Part shown: one piece after another, positions 46,974 to 55,646 of the stretch
How positions within the stretch are numbered: position 1 is the first letter of the stretch
Layout of the letters: the number at the start of each line of letters is the position of its first letter
Source of the DNA: a virus
Strand: one strand, 5' to 3'
Length of the DNA stretch: 64,000 nucleotides
Virus record (IMG/VR): IMGVR_UViG_3300027857_000001
Location: 71,302-135,301 of that record
Notes under the pieces: model-generated
Told to the model about the DNA's origin: nothing
Database searches by the model: none
Seen by the model: only the letters and a program-made list of their open reading frames with translations
Program-made: the position numbers and the translations under genes

Positions 46974-49900
46974 ATGGCTGCAACCCTCGAGGCGGACCTG
47001 CTCAGCGCAGCGCCTCTCAAGAGCGCCGGCAATACGGCGCTCAACCCGGACGGCCTGACCCAGGCGCTGTACGGCGACGCCGCACAGCCGTTCCAGGGAC
47101 ACACGGCCGCACGCCACTCCACGACCGGCGACGCCATCAAGTCCGCGATGCCCGACCTCGTCAAGGGCGCCGGCCTCGCCCGCAGGGGCGGCAACACCCC
47201 CCTGACCGATTCCCGCGACATCGCGCTCCGCGCCCACCAGGCAACCCTGGACCTGCGCGGCGAGGTGGCCCGCGGGTACAGCGCCCGCTCCGAGGTGGTG
47301 AAGTCCGGATTCAGTTCCGGCTTCCTCAACCAGTTCGGAGCGCTCCGTACAGCGCTGATGACCCCGTCCATCGGCGAGCAGATCGCGCAGGTGTTCGCCA
47401 ACCTGCCGGGCGGAGCCGAGGCTCTGTCCAAGTCATTCACGGCCGGGAACCTTGGTCTCGGATCTATATTCGGTTTTGTGCCATTCGATCTCCTCGCGCC
47501 TTCCGTCTGAGGGCCGCCGCACCGCGAGGTGCGGATGACAACTCCGAGAATTGCTGGGAAGCCCGCGCCACCTGGCCAGGCCACAACGCGGGGCGAAAGC
47601 CCGGACGTGACGGCCTGAGAACTGGCCAGTCCCAGGGGTCATCAGCAGCCGAGCTTCTAAGGGCACCACGTGCCTACGAAGAAGGTTCACAGACCATGCA
47701 CGGAGCACCTCACTGAGGTGAAGATATGGTCGGGACCCGCAGCGAGAGCGCGGGAGCCAGGCGGAAACGATCTGGCCCGGCAGCAGGACCGGTAACAAGT
47801 CGTCACGGCTTATCTACCCTGTGTACACCCTCGGCGATTAGGGGGCCCTGCGGAGCGATCCGCAGGTTAACACCGCACTGCCCGGGGAACCCCTCCAGAG
47901 CGACTGGGGAATCCCGGTCCGCCACGATGCCCGTGGCGGCGTAGAGACTGTACGTGCGGGCTCTGCGATCAGCGTGCCCACGGGGCATCACCTGCGCACG
48001 CCAGCAGAGCATGAGACAGTCCGAGCCTGCAGGAAGGCAAACTGCAGGAGGCGCGCGGAAACGACGCGCCCGCCCGCTCAGCCGAGCGGGACGTAACAAG
48101 CCAACTGCTACCGCAACAAGTTCCCGCGCCCGGCTGGCCAGGGCGCCAGCCGCATCGAGCGGCTCGTCCTGGGGATCTCCGGTTCCCAGACCGGTGGCCA
48201 GGGCGTCCTGGACATCTCCCTCCCGGAACTGGTGCAGTCCGGCGGCACGTTCTCCAACTGGCCGCTTAACCTGCCCCCAGCCGGGTCACAGGCATCGACC
48301 ACGCTCAATGTCCCTTACCGCTTCCTTGGCGTGACCGAGGAGCTGTCCTGGCTCGCGCAGTTCGCCGGGCAGGGCTATGAGGACATAAGCGCCCTAAACT
48401 TACCTGGGGCCCAGCATGGCGACATGCTGGTGAGAACCCTGCTGTATCGGTGAAAGCCCTTCGTCTAGATGCGATATCCTCGTATCTATGGGTAACGCCG
48501 AGGCAACCCGGCCCGCAGCCGGAGAGTCCGTAGAGGCCATACGCAGGGGATCTGACGAGCCGGAACATTCTCATGCGGACTGCGGCACTGCCCGCCAGCC
48601 GGCGAGCACCAAGGTCATCAACACGCCGCATGAGGTCATGTTCCATCAGGCACTAACCCGCGCCCGCCTCAGCTTCGAGACACAGTCTCACCCAGCTGGC
48701 GACAGGTACGAAGCGGATATCGAGCTACTGCAGAAGCCGATCGTCATCGAGGTGACGAACAGTCCCGGCGAGAAACGAGCGGCCGGCCGGCGCGAGCGCA
48801 AGACGGCCGCACTGGAAGCCGCAGGTTACCGGGTCTACTGGTTCAGCAACCATCAGGCGCGCACCAACCCCGATGCCGCAGTGCAGCGGGTAATGCGGGA
48901 AAACGGCCTCCGCCAGGAGGAAGCGCCTACCGTCCTGATCCGGCCGAACCGGACCGGTCATGCTGGCCAGCTCAACCCGAACTGGGGCGGCGGCCCAGCG
49001 GCAGCAGTGTGCGAGCAATGCGGTTCGCTGGTCGCATCCAGGCGCCGCAATGGCGGCAGGATCGCCCGCTTCTGCAACTCGAAGTGCTACGGGAAGTGGA
49101 TGCACGAGCATCCGGAGACAGTCAACAACAAGCGCCCTATGCCCCCGATGCCCGATCTTGCGGATCGGTACGGCGCGGGAATGTCCGCGCAGCAGGTGGC
49201 TGACTCCTACGGCGTGAGCCGTGCCTACATCATGCAGGAGATGCGCAGACGCGGCATTCCCCTGCGGCCAGCGGGCGGTTACCGTCCTCGTGGCGGCTTC
49301 CGGGCCACAGGCACCCTTCCCGGCTCGCAAAATGTCAGATCGTGACATGGTCCGACCCGCGACCGATGACAAAGGCGCGGAGCTAGGCGGAACAGAAACG
49401 GCCTAGCCATCCTGTCCGGAATCGCTCCGACCGGACAAGATGTAACAAAAGTGGGCAAACCTCATCATGCTCCAGGAGCAGATGCTCGGCGAGGAATACC
49501 AGCTCATCTGCGGCTCGTCCGCGAACCTCGCCGCGCCCGCCGCGCCTACGGTGACAGCACGGACGGCGGGCTCCAACGAGACCGCGATCGGGTCGAACGC
49601 CAACTACGCGGTCGTGGTGACCGCGACGAACTGGTTCGGCGAGACCGTGGCATCCTCCGCCGCGACCGTGTCTGGCGGCACTGGCGCCTCCCAGGTCGTG
49701 GACGTCACCATCGCCCCCTCGGTGGGTGCGATGAACTACAACATCTACGTCTCCACCAACGGCACCCCGGCCCGGACGAACGAGTACCTCGTCGCATCCC
49801 AGGTCGGGGGGATCAGGTACACCATCCAGGGCGCGGCGCCGACGTCCGGCACCAACCCGCCGGCCGCTGACACCGGGACCGGGAAGAACACCCGGATCGA

Positions 49901-50513
49901 GGGCGTCATCCCGACGCTCACCGGCCTGTCCGCGTCGGGCGGCGTGTACCCGACGTCGCCGGTCAACTGGCAGGGCGGCTACGTCAACCAGGCGGTCGGC
50001 ACCCACCTGTCTTACAACGCCATCTACACGGCGCTGAAGAACCTGTGGCAGACCACCTCGAACAACCCTGGCGCGTTCAAGGCCGACCCGGCCGAGCTGA
50101 TCTCGTCCGGAATCGACATCGCCAACCTGTCCCAGGACGTCATCAGCCAGGGTCAGGGAACCAACTACGAGCTGTTCATCCAGCAGTCCCAGGTCGGTGA
50201 CGTCACCGTCGGGGCTGCGGTGAGCCAGTTCCAGAACCCGCTCACCAGGAGCATCCTCAAGCTCGTCGTCCACCCCTGGTACACCCAGGGCAACGCCGAG
50301 CTGCTCTCCTACCAGCTCCCCCAGACGTGGACCAATGTGGCGAACGCCTGGGAAATGACGATGGTCCAGGACTACGTGAGTATTGCGTGGCCAGTCATTG
50401 ACGCTACGTATCGCTACAGTTTGTTCGAATTCGGGGCTCTAGTTGCGTCTGCGCCTTTCTACAGCGCGCATCTCGGCGGCCTGCAGAACTCGGATAGCTC
50501 GCCGTTCTCCTGA
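46974..50513 (+). CDS. major capsid protein, spliced: join(46974..47501,47803..47831,48108..48395,49454..50513), 634 aa
   Basis: joined 1905 nt is one frame: ...FDLLAP|SRLIYPVYT(L|)YRNKFPR...EDISA(L|)ANLIMLQE...; position after the protease; FN3-like insertion in exon 4. Confidence 0.88.
47502..47802 (+). ncRNA. group I intron 1 (301 nt, no ORF)
   Basis: P AATTGCTGGGAA 47549, Q ATCAGCAG 47641, R GTTCACAGACCA 47685, S AAGATATGGTC 47721; P3 CTCCG/CGGAG; P1 GCCU/GGGC; terminal G. Confidence 0.9.
47832..48107 (+). ncRNA. group I intron 2 (276 nt, no ORF)
   Basis: R GTAGAGACTG 47941, S ATGAGACAGTCC 48011 (P7 GACTG/CAGTC); P3 CCGCAC/GTGCGG; P8 GCTCTGC/GCAGAGC; P1 CCCU/GGGG; terminal G. Confidence 0.88.
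48396..49453 (+). ncRNA. group I intron 3 (1058 nt) with ORF in the P8 loop
   Basis: P1 GCCCU/GGGGC; P3 CCCTGC/GCAGGG; R GTAGAGGCCAT 48530; P8 GATCTGAC 48549/GTCAGATC 49334; S GTGACATGGTCC 49342; terminal G. Confidence 0.9.
48488..49345 (+). CDS. intron-encoded Vsr/DUF559-like endonuclease with Zn-finger and HTH (start uncertain)
   Basis: TPHE...FETQ..RYEADI..IVIEV..GYRVYWFSN; CEQCG..FCNSKC; C-terminal HTH. Confidence 0.75.
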   Translation: MGNAEATRPAAGESVEAIRRGSDEPEHSHADCGTARQPASTKVINTPHEVMFHQALTRARLSFETQSHPAGDRYEADIELLQKPIVIEVTNSPGEKRAAGRRERKTAALEAAGYRVYWFSNHQARTNPDAAVQRVMRENGLRQEEAPTVLIRPNRTGHAGQLNPNWGGGPAAAVCEQCGSLVASRRRNGGRIARFCNSKCYGKWMHEHPETVNNKRPMPPMPDLADRYGAGMSAQQVADSYGVSRAYIMQEMRRRGIPLRPAGGYRPRGGFRATGTLPGSQNVRS

Positions 50514-50524
50514 GTGTCAGGTAC

Positions 50525-50562
50525 CCGGCAGCGGGTCAGCTCCGGAGCTGGCCCGCTGCCGG
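50525..50562 (+). terminator. long hairpin after the capsid gene
   Basis: CCGGCAGCGGGTCAGCT-CCGG-AGCTGGCCCGCTGCCGG. Confidence 0.6.
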
Positions 50563-50650
50563 CTGACCTCCGCGGGGGCCGGTAACTCCGAGCCCCGGAA
50601 GCTGATGCCTCCCGGGGCTTCCGCATGCAATCAATCCCGAAGGAGTCACT

Positions 50651-50938
50651 GTGGCCATCTTCGCTACATCGGTACAGGGGACGACCGTGACCTCCTCGGT
50701 CACCCAGGTCTACTCCACGGCGGGCCTGACGAGCCCCCGCGACGTCACGCTCATGAACCAGGGGACCGCCACGATCTACGTCGGCGGTTCCCAGGTGACT
50801 GCCACCAACACGGGCGTCCCGGTCGCCTCCGGGCAGCAGCTCACCGTCGCCGGCGCCGCCCAGAACCTGTGGGCGATCACGTCGGCGGGCACTGCCACCG
50901 TCGAGGCCGGGCTCGCCTCGGTGGACGTGGTGGTGTAG
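50651..50938 (+). CDS. small beta-rich virion protein (decoration-like) 1
   Basis: NQGTATIYVGG..VT..TGVPV motif; AAGGAG RBS. Confidence 0.65.
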   Translation: MAIFATSVQGTTVTSSVTQVYSTAGLTSPRDVTLMNQGTATIYVGGSQVTATNTGVPVASGQQLTVAGAAQNLWAITSAGTATVEAGLASVDVVV

Positions 50939-50941
50939 CCG

Positions 50942-51430
50942 ATGCCGTACGTGAACGTCAGCGGCACGGCCAGCACGGCCGTGTCGTACCCGGGGTCGGG
51001 CGGGAAGCAGACGCTGTTCCTGTTCAACGCCGGGCAGCAGCCCGCCTACCTGGGGACGGGCCCGGGGGTGTCGTCAGCCACCGGGTTCCCGCTCACTGCC
51101 GGGAACCGGGTTGACGTGACGAACGCAGCCGGCACGGTGTACGCCACCGCGGGCGGCAACCAGGTCACGCCGTACGGGACCGCGAACGCGGCGACGTCGG
51201 TCGCCGGGTCGGTGATCACGGTCGCGTCGGCCGGGACGGCGTTCACCGCCGGGATGACGATCGTGATCGAGCCGGGCACGCCCCGGCAGGAGGTCACGAG
51301 TGTCGCGTCGAGCAACGCCGGGACGGTGAACACGTCCCCGCCGATGACGTTCGCGCACGGGTCGGCGGCGACGTTCTCCCAGTACTCGCCGCTGGCGACG
51401 ACGCTGCAGGTGATCCGGGGTGCGGTCTAG
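50942..51430 (+). CDS. beta-rich virion protein (decoration-like) 2
   Basis: NAGQQPAYLG..VSSATGFPL. Confidence 0.65.
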   Translation: MPYVNVSGTASTAVSYPGSGGKQTLFLFNAGQQPAYLGTGPGVSSATGFPLTAGNRVDVTNAAGTVYATAGGNQVTPYGTANAATSVAGSVITVASAGTAFTAGMTIVIEPGTPRQEVTSVASSNAGTVNTSPPMTFAHGSAATFSQYSPLATTLQVIRGAV

Positions 51431-51433
51431 CCG

Positions 51434-51706
51434 ATGATCGTCACCTCGCAGGCGTCTGTGGCGGGCAGCGCGGTCTCGCTCGGCCGGGTCCCGGCCGGCC
51501 CGTGCACGGTGGTCATCACCAACGGCGGCGGATCGGCCCTGTTCGTCGGCGCGGGCACGACGGTGACCGTGACGTCCGGCGCCCCGGTTCCGGCCTCGGC
51601 CGTGGTGCCGCTGCCGGGGTTCCCGTCGTCGTCGCCTGTGCAGCTGTGGGGCATCACCTCCGGCGGCACGGTCACGGCGGGCCTGTTCATATCCACGGCG
51701 TCCTGA
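51434..51706 (+). CDS. small beta-rich virion protein (decoration-like) 3
   Basis: NGGGSALFVG..VTVTSGAPV. Confidence 0.65.
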   Translation: MIVTSQASVAGSAVSLGRVPAGPCTVVITNGGGSALFVGAGTTVTVTSGAPVPASAVVPLPGFPSSSPVQLWGITSGGTVTAGLFISTAS

Positions 51707-51714
51707 GGAGCCAG

Positions 51715-52074
51715 ATGACCGTACAGGTACAGCTCCCGCCGGGGTGCCGCGGGCTCACGATGCAGGACGGCACGCGGTATGCGGGACGTGAGGGCGGTCA
51801 CGTCACCGTGTCCGACGACCATGCCCCGTTCGTGCGCCGGCAGACAGGCGGCGATGCCGGGCTGACCGGGCACGGGTCGTTCCGTTCCTTCGCCGGGACG
51901 CGGGAGGGCCGGTGGTGCCCGGAATGCCGGTTCCTCGCGAACGCGTGGTCGCTGACGTGCCCGAAATGCGAGCGGCGCGGAATCACGACCGCCACGGTCC
52001 CGGAGGGCGACATGCCCGCCAGGACTAGGGCCGCGCTTCCCTCGGCGTGCGCCCCGGTTTTCCCGGTGCATTAG
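51715..52074 (+). CDS. hypothetical protein with Zn ribbon
   Basis: GAGGAG RBS; CPEC/CPKC. Confidence 0.6.
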   Translation: MTVQVQLPPGCRGLTMQDGTRYAGREGGHVTVSDDHAPFVRRQTGGDAGLTGHGSFRSFAGTREGRWCPECRFLANAWSLTCPKCERRGITTATVPEGDMPARTRAALPSACAPVFPVH

Positions 52075-52175
52075 ACGACAGGCCGGCATGCGCTTGCGCG
52101 CCAAGCCTGGAACGCCGGCATGGAGCCACGCACCCCTGCTCACGTAACCAGAACAGCCGAAAGGATCTTGTTCCT

Positions 52176-52853
52176 ATGACAATTCACGCGCGGAGTGACA
52201 TCTGCGCCGTCACGATCTCTGTCGCGCATGGCGGGTGCGGATCAGCGCATCACCGACCGGCAAACGACGGGAACCCCGCGAAAACGTGGGCACTGACCTG
52301 CGCGCCGTGCGAGAAGCATCTCCGCAGCGACCCTCACTGGGCCGGAAGTGCCTCCGAAGTGCCGGAGACTTTCGATGAGTCCAAGGGCCGGGAGGACTTC
52401 GAGCGGCGCGGCGCAGCTGACCGTGACACCGTGCTGGCTGCGGCTCTCGCGAAGCTCGCCGGCGTGGATCTCCCGCCGGCTCTGCGCGGGCTGATCGGCA
52501 GCACCGGGCCGTCTGGAGCGGTCACCTGCCCGTCCGGGCACAGCTGCGATCCGGGCTCTAAGTTCTGCGGAGACTGCGGGGCAGCCCTGGACGCAGCCGT
52601 CCTCACCTGTCCCTCCGGTCACGAGGTCACGCGCGGCATGAAGTTCTGCGGCGAGTGCGGCAGCCCCGTAGCCGCGGCAGCGCTCCCGCCTGCTGCTGCG
52701 CCGGAGCCGATGGACGCAGAGGTGGCCGCCGCCGCGAAGCCGCGGCTGAAGGACATGCGGGCCGGCGACCTCCGGGACATGGCCCGCGCTCGCGGGCTGG
52801 ACGAGTCGGGGACCCGCGCCGAGCTGCTTGCCCGCCTGCGTGCCGCCGCCTGA
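52176..52853 (+). CDS. double zinc-ribbon protein with C-terminal SAP/HeH-like motif
   Basis: CPSGH..KFCGDCG x2; LRDMARARGLDESGTRAELLARL. Confidence 0.7.
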   Translation: MTIHARSDICAVTISVAHGGCGSAHHRPANDGNPAKTWALTCAPCEKHLRSDPHWAGSASEVPETFDESKGREDFERRGAADRDTVLAAALAKLAGVDLPPALRGLIGSTGPSGAVTCPSGHSCDPGSKFCGDCGAALDAAVLTCPSGHEVTRGMKFCGECGSPVAAAALPPAAAPEPMDAEVAAAAKPRLKDMRAGDLRDMARARGLDESGTRAELLARLRAAA

Positions 52854-52904
52854 CGTGCCCGGGGACGTCGGCAGCGCGCTCCGCCCGGCGGCCAGGGTGA
52901 CCCC

Positions 52905-53492
52905 GTGACCGCTTACACGCTGTTCGGGCAGTCCGGCGGCGGGAGCCTGGCCGCCGACACGAACACGTACACCATGGGCGTGCAGTTCTCGGTCTCCCAG
53001 TCCGGCTGCACCCTGACCGGCATGTGGTTCTTCTCGGCGTCAGGCGCCGGGTCCCTCCCGGAGACCATCGCCCTGTTCGCAGTATCGGGCGGGACGCTCG
53101 TGCACAGCGAGTCAGCGACGTGGGCCGGCGCGGCCGGGAGCGGCTGGGTGCGGGCGTCGTTCAGCAGCCCGCCGTCCCTCACCGTGAGCACGAACTATGT
53201 CGCCGCTGTATTCGATTCTGGTGGCTTCAACTGGTACAGCGGCACGCACAACTACTGGGACACAGGCGCCGGCTCGGGCGGCATCACTAACGGGCCGCTG
53301 TCCGCGCCGAACAACGCCGGTGCAGCGCACGGCCAGGACGCATTCGACAACTCCGGGCCGCTGGCGTTCCCCACCACCAGCTTCCAGGCCACCAACTACT
53401 GGATGGACCCCGAGGTCACCGTCACGGCCGCGACGGCAGGGAGGCCTCCCCTGATCGCCGGCCAGGCCGTACAGCGCGCAGCCGCCTGGTAA
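52905..53492 (+). CDS. DUF4082-like beta-sandwich virion protein
   Basis: YTMGVQFSV..GMWFF..GWVRASFSSP..FPTTSFQATNYWMDPEV. Confidence 0.75.
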   Translation: MTAYTLFGQSGGGSLAADTNTYTMGVQFSVSQSGCTLTGMWFFSASGAGSLPETIALFAVSGGTLVHSESATWAGAAGSGWVRASFSSPPSLTVSTNYVAAVFDSGGFNWYSGTHNYWDTGAGSGGITNGPLSAPNNAGAAHGQDAFDNSGPLAFPTTSFQATNYWMDPEVTVTAATAGRPPLIAGQAVQRAAAW

Positions 53493-53519
53493 CACCCTCT
53501 CAGACCGGAAGGACCCGGC

Positions 53520-54026
53520 ATGCTCTACACCGCCTGGACCAACGCCGACGTGGCCCTCACTGCGGCGACCGCCAAGACCGCACTGTACATCATCCCCCCG
53601 GCCGGGTTCGGCTACCAGCTGTGCGTGGTGGAAATCGGCGTCGAGTTCGAGGGTGCGGTCCAGGGTACCGACTGCCTGACCGAGCTCGTCGAGTCCACCG
53701 CCGCCACCGCCGGTACCTCCGGTGCTTCCGGGTCGGCCAAGCAGCTGCGCGGCGCACGCGCCATCTCCCCGACCGCCGCGGTCACCTCGACCGGCCTGGG
53801 CCTGACGATCAACCAGGCGTACAGCGCGGAGCCGACCGTCCTGACTCCTATGTACGCCCCGTTCAAGATCCCCAACGGGCAGTCCTATATCTGGCAGTTC
53901 CCGCTCGACACCGGCCCGGAGTTCCCGGCGCCGGGCGGCGGCACGGGCGCGATGGGCCTTCGGCTCACCTCACCGACCTCGGTGAACGCCCGCTGCCACA
54001 TCACCTTTGCAGTAGGTTACCGATAA
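53520..54026 (+). CDS. putative virion structural protein
   Basis: beta-rich; AT-rich 3' end next to the HNH gene. Confidence 0.6.
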   Translation: MLYTAWTNADVALTAATAKTALYIIPPAGFGYQLCVVEIGVEFEGAVQGTDCLTELVESTAATAGTSGASGSAKQLRGARAISPTAAVTSTGLGLTINQAYSAEPTVLTPMYAPFKIPNGQSYIWQFPLDTGPEFPAPGGGTGAMGLRLTSPTSVNARCHITFAVGYR

Positions 54027-54053
54027 CGCTTAATCCCACGTTACATCCGCACA

Positions 54054-54062
54054 TGGTAGCGT
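54054..54062 (+). promoter_or_regulatory. extended -10 (TGnTAGCGT) 6 nt before the HNH ATG
   Basis: TG at 54054, TAGCGT at 54057-54062, ATG at 54069. Confidence 0.5.
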
Positions 54063-54068
54063 CTACAC

Positions 54069-54740
54069 ATGGGCATGATCGTTGGGCAGGTCTTCGGCCG
54101 CTGGACCGTACTGGAAGACAGCGGCGGAGCGAAGGTAGCATGCCGTTGCGCCTGCGGCACGGAGCGCGGCGTAAGCAGGTATTCCCTGGCCACAGGCCAT
54201 TCCAGGTCGTGCGGATGCTACAGCCGGGAAGCTGCGAGCGCGCGGGCTCGCGCACAGGTCAAGCATCCGGTGAGCAAAGGTGACACGTTCGGGCGCTGGC
54301 TGGTTCTCGACGCCTCCGACCGTGCCGCAGTCAAAGTCCGCTGTGAGTGCGGCGAGATGCGAGCGGTACCCGCCTCGCATCTGGTCCTGGGCGCGTCAAG
54401 GTCCTGCGGGTGCTGGAAGGCAGAGGAACTGTCGCTGCAGCCGCATGGGACGAAGCACGGGATGGGCCGCCACCCGCTGTACAGCACCTGGCATCACATG
54501 GTCCGGCGGTGTACGGACCCCGGCGACAGAGCCTGGCATAACTACGGTTTCCGAGACATCAGGATCTACGGCCCGTGGTTCGATGTCGCACGGTTCATCG
54601 AGTACATCGAGCATGAGCTCGGCCCGCGGCCAGATGGCCTGACGATCGACCGGATCAACAACGACGGGCACTACGAGCCGGGAAATGTCCGGTGGGCGAC
54701 ACGCGCGGAGCAGAACCGCAACCAGCGCCGGCGGCAGTGA
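54069..54740 (+). CDS. free-standing HNH homing endonuclease
   Basis: FGRWTV..CRCACG..SCGC repeated twice; TIDRINNDGHYEPGNVRWAT..QNRN. Confidence 0.9.
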   Translation: MGMIVGQVFGRWTVLEDSGGAKVACRCACGTERGVSRYSLATGHSRSCGCYSREAASARARAQVKHPVSKGDTFGRWLVLDASDRAAVKVRCECGEMRAVPASHLVLGASRSCGCWKAEELSLQPHGTKHGMGRHPLYSTWHHMVRRCTDPGDRAWHNYGFRDIRIYGPWFDVARFIEYIEHELGPRPDGLTIDRINNDGHYEPGNVRWATRAEQNRNQRRRQ

Positions 54741-54775
54741 CCTGCCGGCGCTGACCTCCTGACCTGGGAGGGCCG

Positions 54776-55276
54776 ATGGCACGCCAGGGCCGCGCTTTCC
54801 CGTCGCGCAGCATCATCATCCGCCCTGCCGGGACTATTCCCGCCGGGCCGGCGCCGCTCATCGTCCGCTCCCCGTCGCCCCGGCCACATGCCCGGTCAGT
54901 CGTCACCTTCCCGGCCGCCCCGGCCATCCCGTCCGGCCCGCGCCCGCTGATCGTCCGTGCGCCATCGCCGCACCCGCTGCCCAGGTCGCTCACGACAAGG
55001 CCGCCGCAGGCGATACCGTCAGGCTTCCGTCCGCTCACGGCGCGCGCCCCGTCGCCGCGCCCCCTCGCACGGTCCTTCCTCACCGGACCGGGCCATCCGG
55101 TTCCTGCCCCGCCGGGGCGCCCCCTGCTCGTCCAGGTGCGCGGCCCGGTACCGCGTCAGCGCACGTTCACGGTCCGGATCCCGTCTCCGGCGCCCGCACC
55201 GCCCGGTGCAGGCCCGGCCCTGGGCATCGGCGCGGCGCAGCTCAGGTGGTCTGCCGGACCCGCCCGCAACCAGTAG
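54776..55276 (+). CDS. Pro-rich protein with four ~29-aa repeats
   Basis: IPAGPAPLIVRSPSP / IPSGPRPLIVRAPSP / IPSGFRPLTARAPSP. Confidence 0.6.
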   Translation: MARQGRAFPSRSIIIRPAGTIPAGPAPLIVRSPSPRPHARSVVTFPAAPAIPSGPRPLIVRAPSPHPLPRSLTTRPPQAIPSGFRPLTARAPSPRPLARSFLTGPGHPVPAPPGRPLLVQVRGPVPRQRTFTVRIPSPAPAPPGAGPALGIGAAQLRWSAGPARNQ

Positions 55277-55294
55277 GCCCTGCGGGGGGTGGGG

Positions 55295-55624
55295 ATGCCC
55301 TCCGTCAGCCAGTCCGTGCTGTCCACCCAGTTCCTCATGGTCCCGGTCACCACCAGGTCCCCGTCCCCGTACAACCCGACCGCCGACCTGGTGCAGTTCG
55401 CGTTCCCGCCGCTGACCATCCCGGCGACCTCCCCGGCCGTCTGGTACACGGGCAGCTGGGTGACTTTCCCGGGGCCGTCCTACTGGGCCGAGTGCCTCGT
55501 CGGGCCGGTGAACGGCGGGGTGCCGCTCGCCGCCGGGTCGTACCAGGTCTGGGTGAAGATCACCGACAGCCCTGAGGTGCCCGCACTGCTGTGCCCGACC
55601 ACGCTGGTCATCACGTCGCCCTGA
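55295..55624 (+). CDS. Ig-like virion protein
   Basis: VQFAF..GSW..CLVGP..YQVWVKITDSPEVP. Confidence 0.65.
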   Translation: MPSVSQSVLSTQFLMVPVTTRSPSPYNPTADLVQFAFPPLTIPATSPAVWYTGSWVTFPGPSYWAECLVGPVNGGVPLAAGSYQVWVKITDSPEVPALLCPTTLVITSP

Positions 55625-55646
55625 CCGGGCCGCGCCCGCGAGGGGG

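Noticed and set aside
47433-48453. ORF-track ORFs across introns 1 and 2, or reading the capsid as a pseudogene
   Set aside because: No codon bias; the sequence is explained by intron pairings, and splicing restores the frame exactly
53999-54775. HNH gene as part of a fourth group I intron
   Set aside because: No P7 (R/S) elements or resuming exon were found around it
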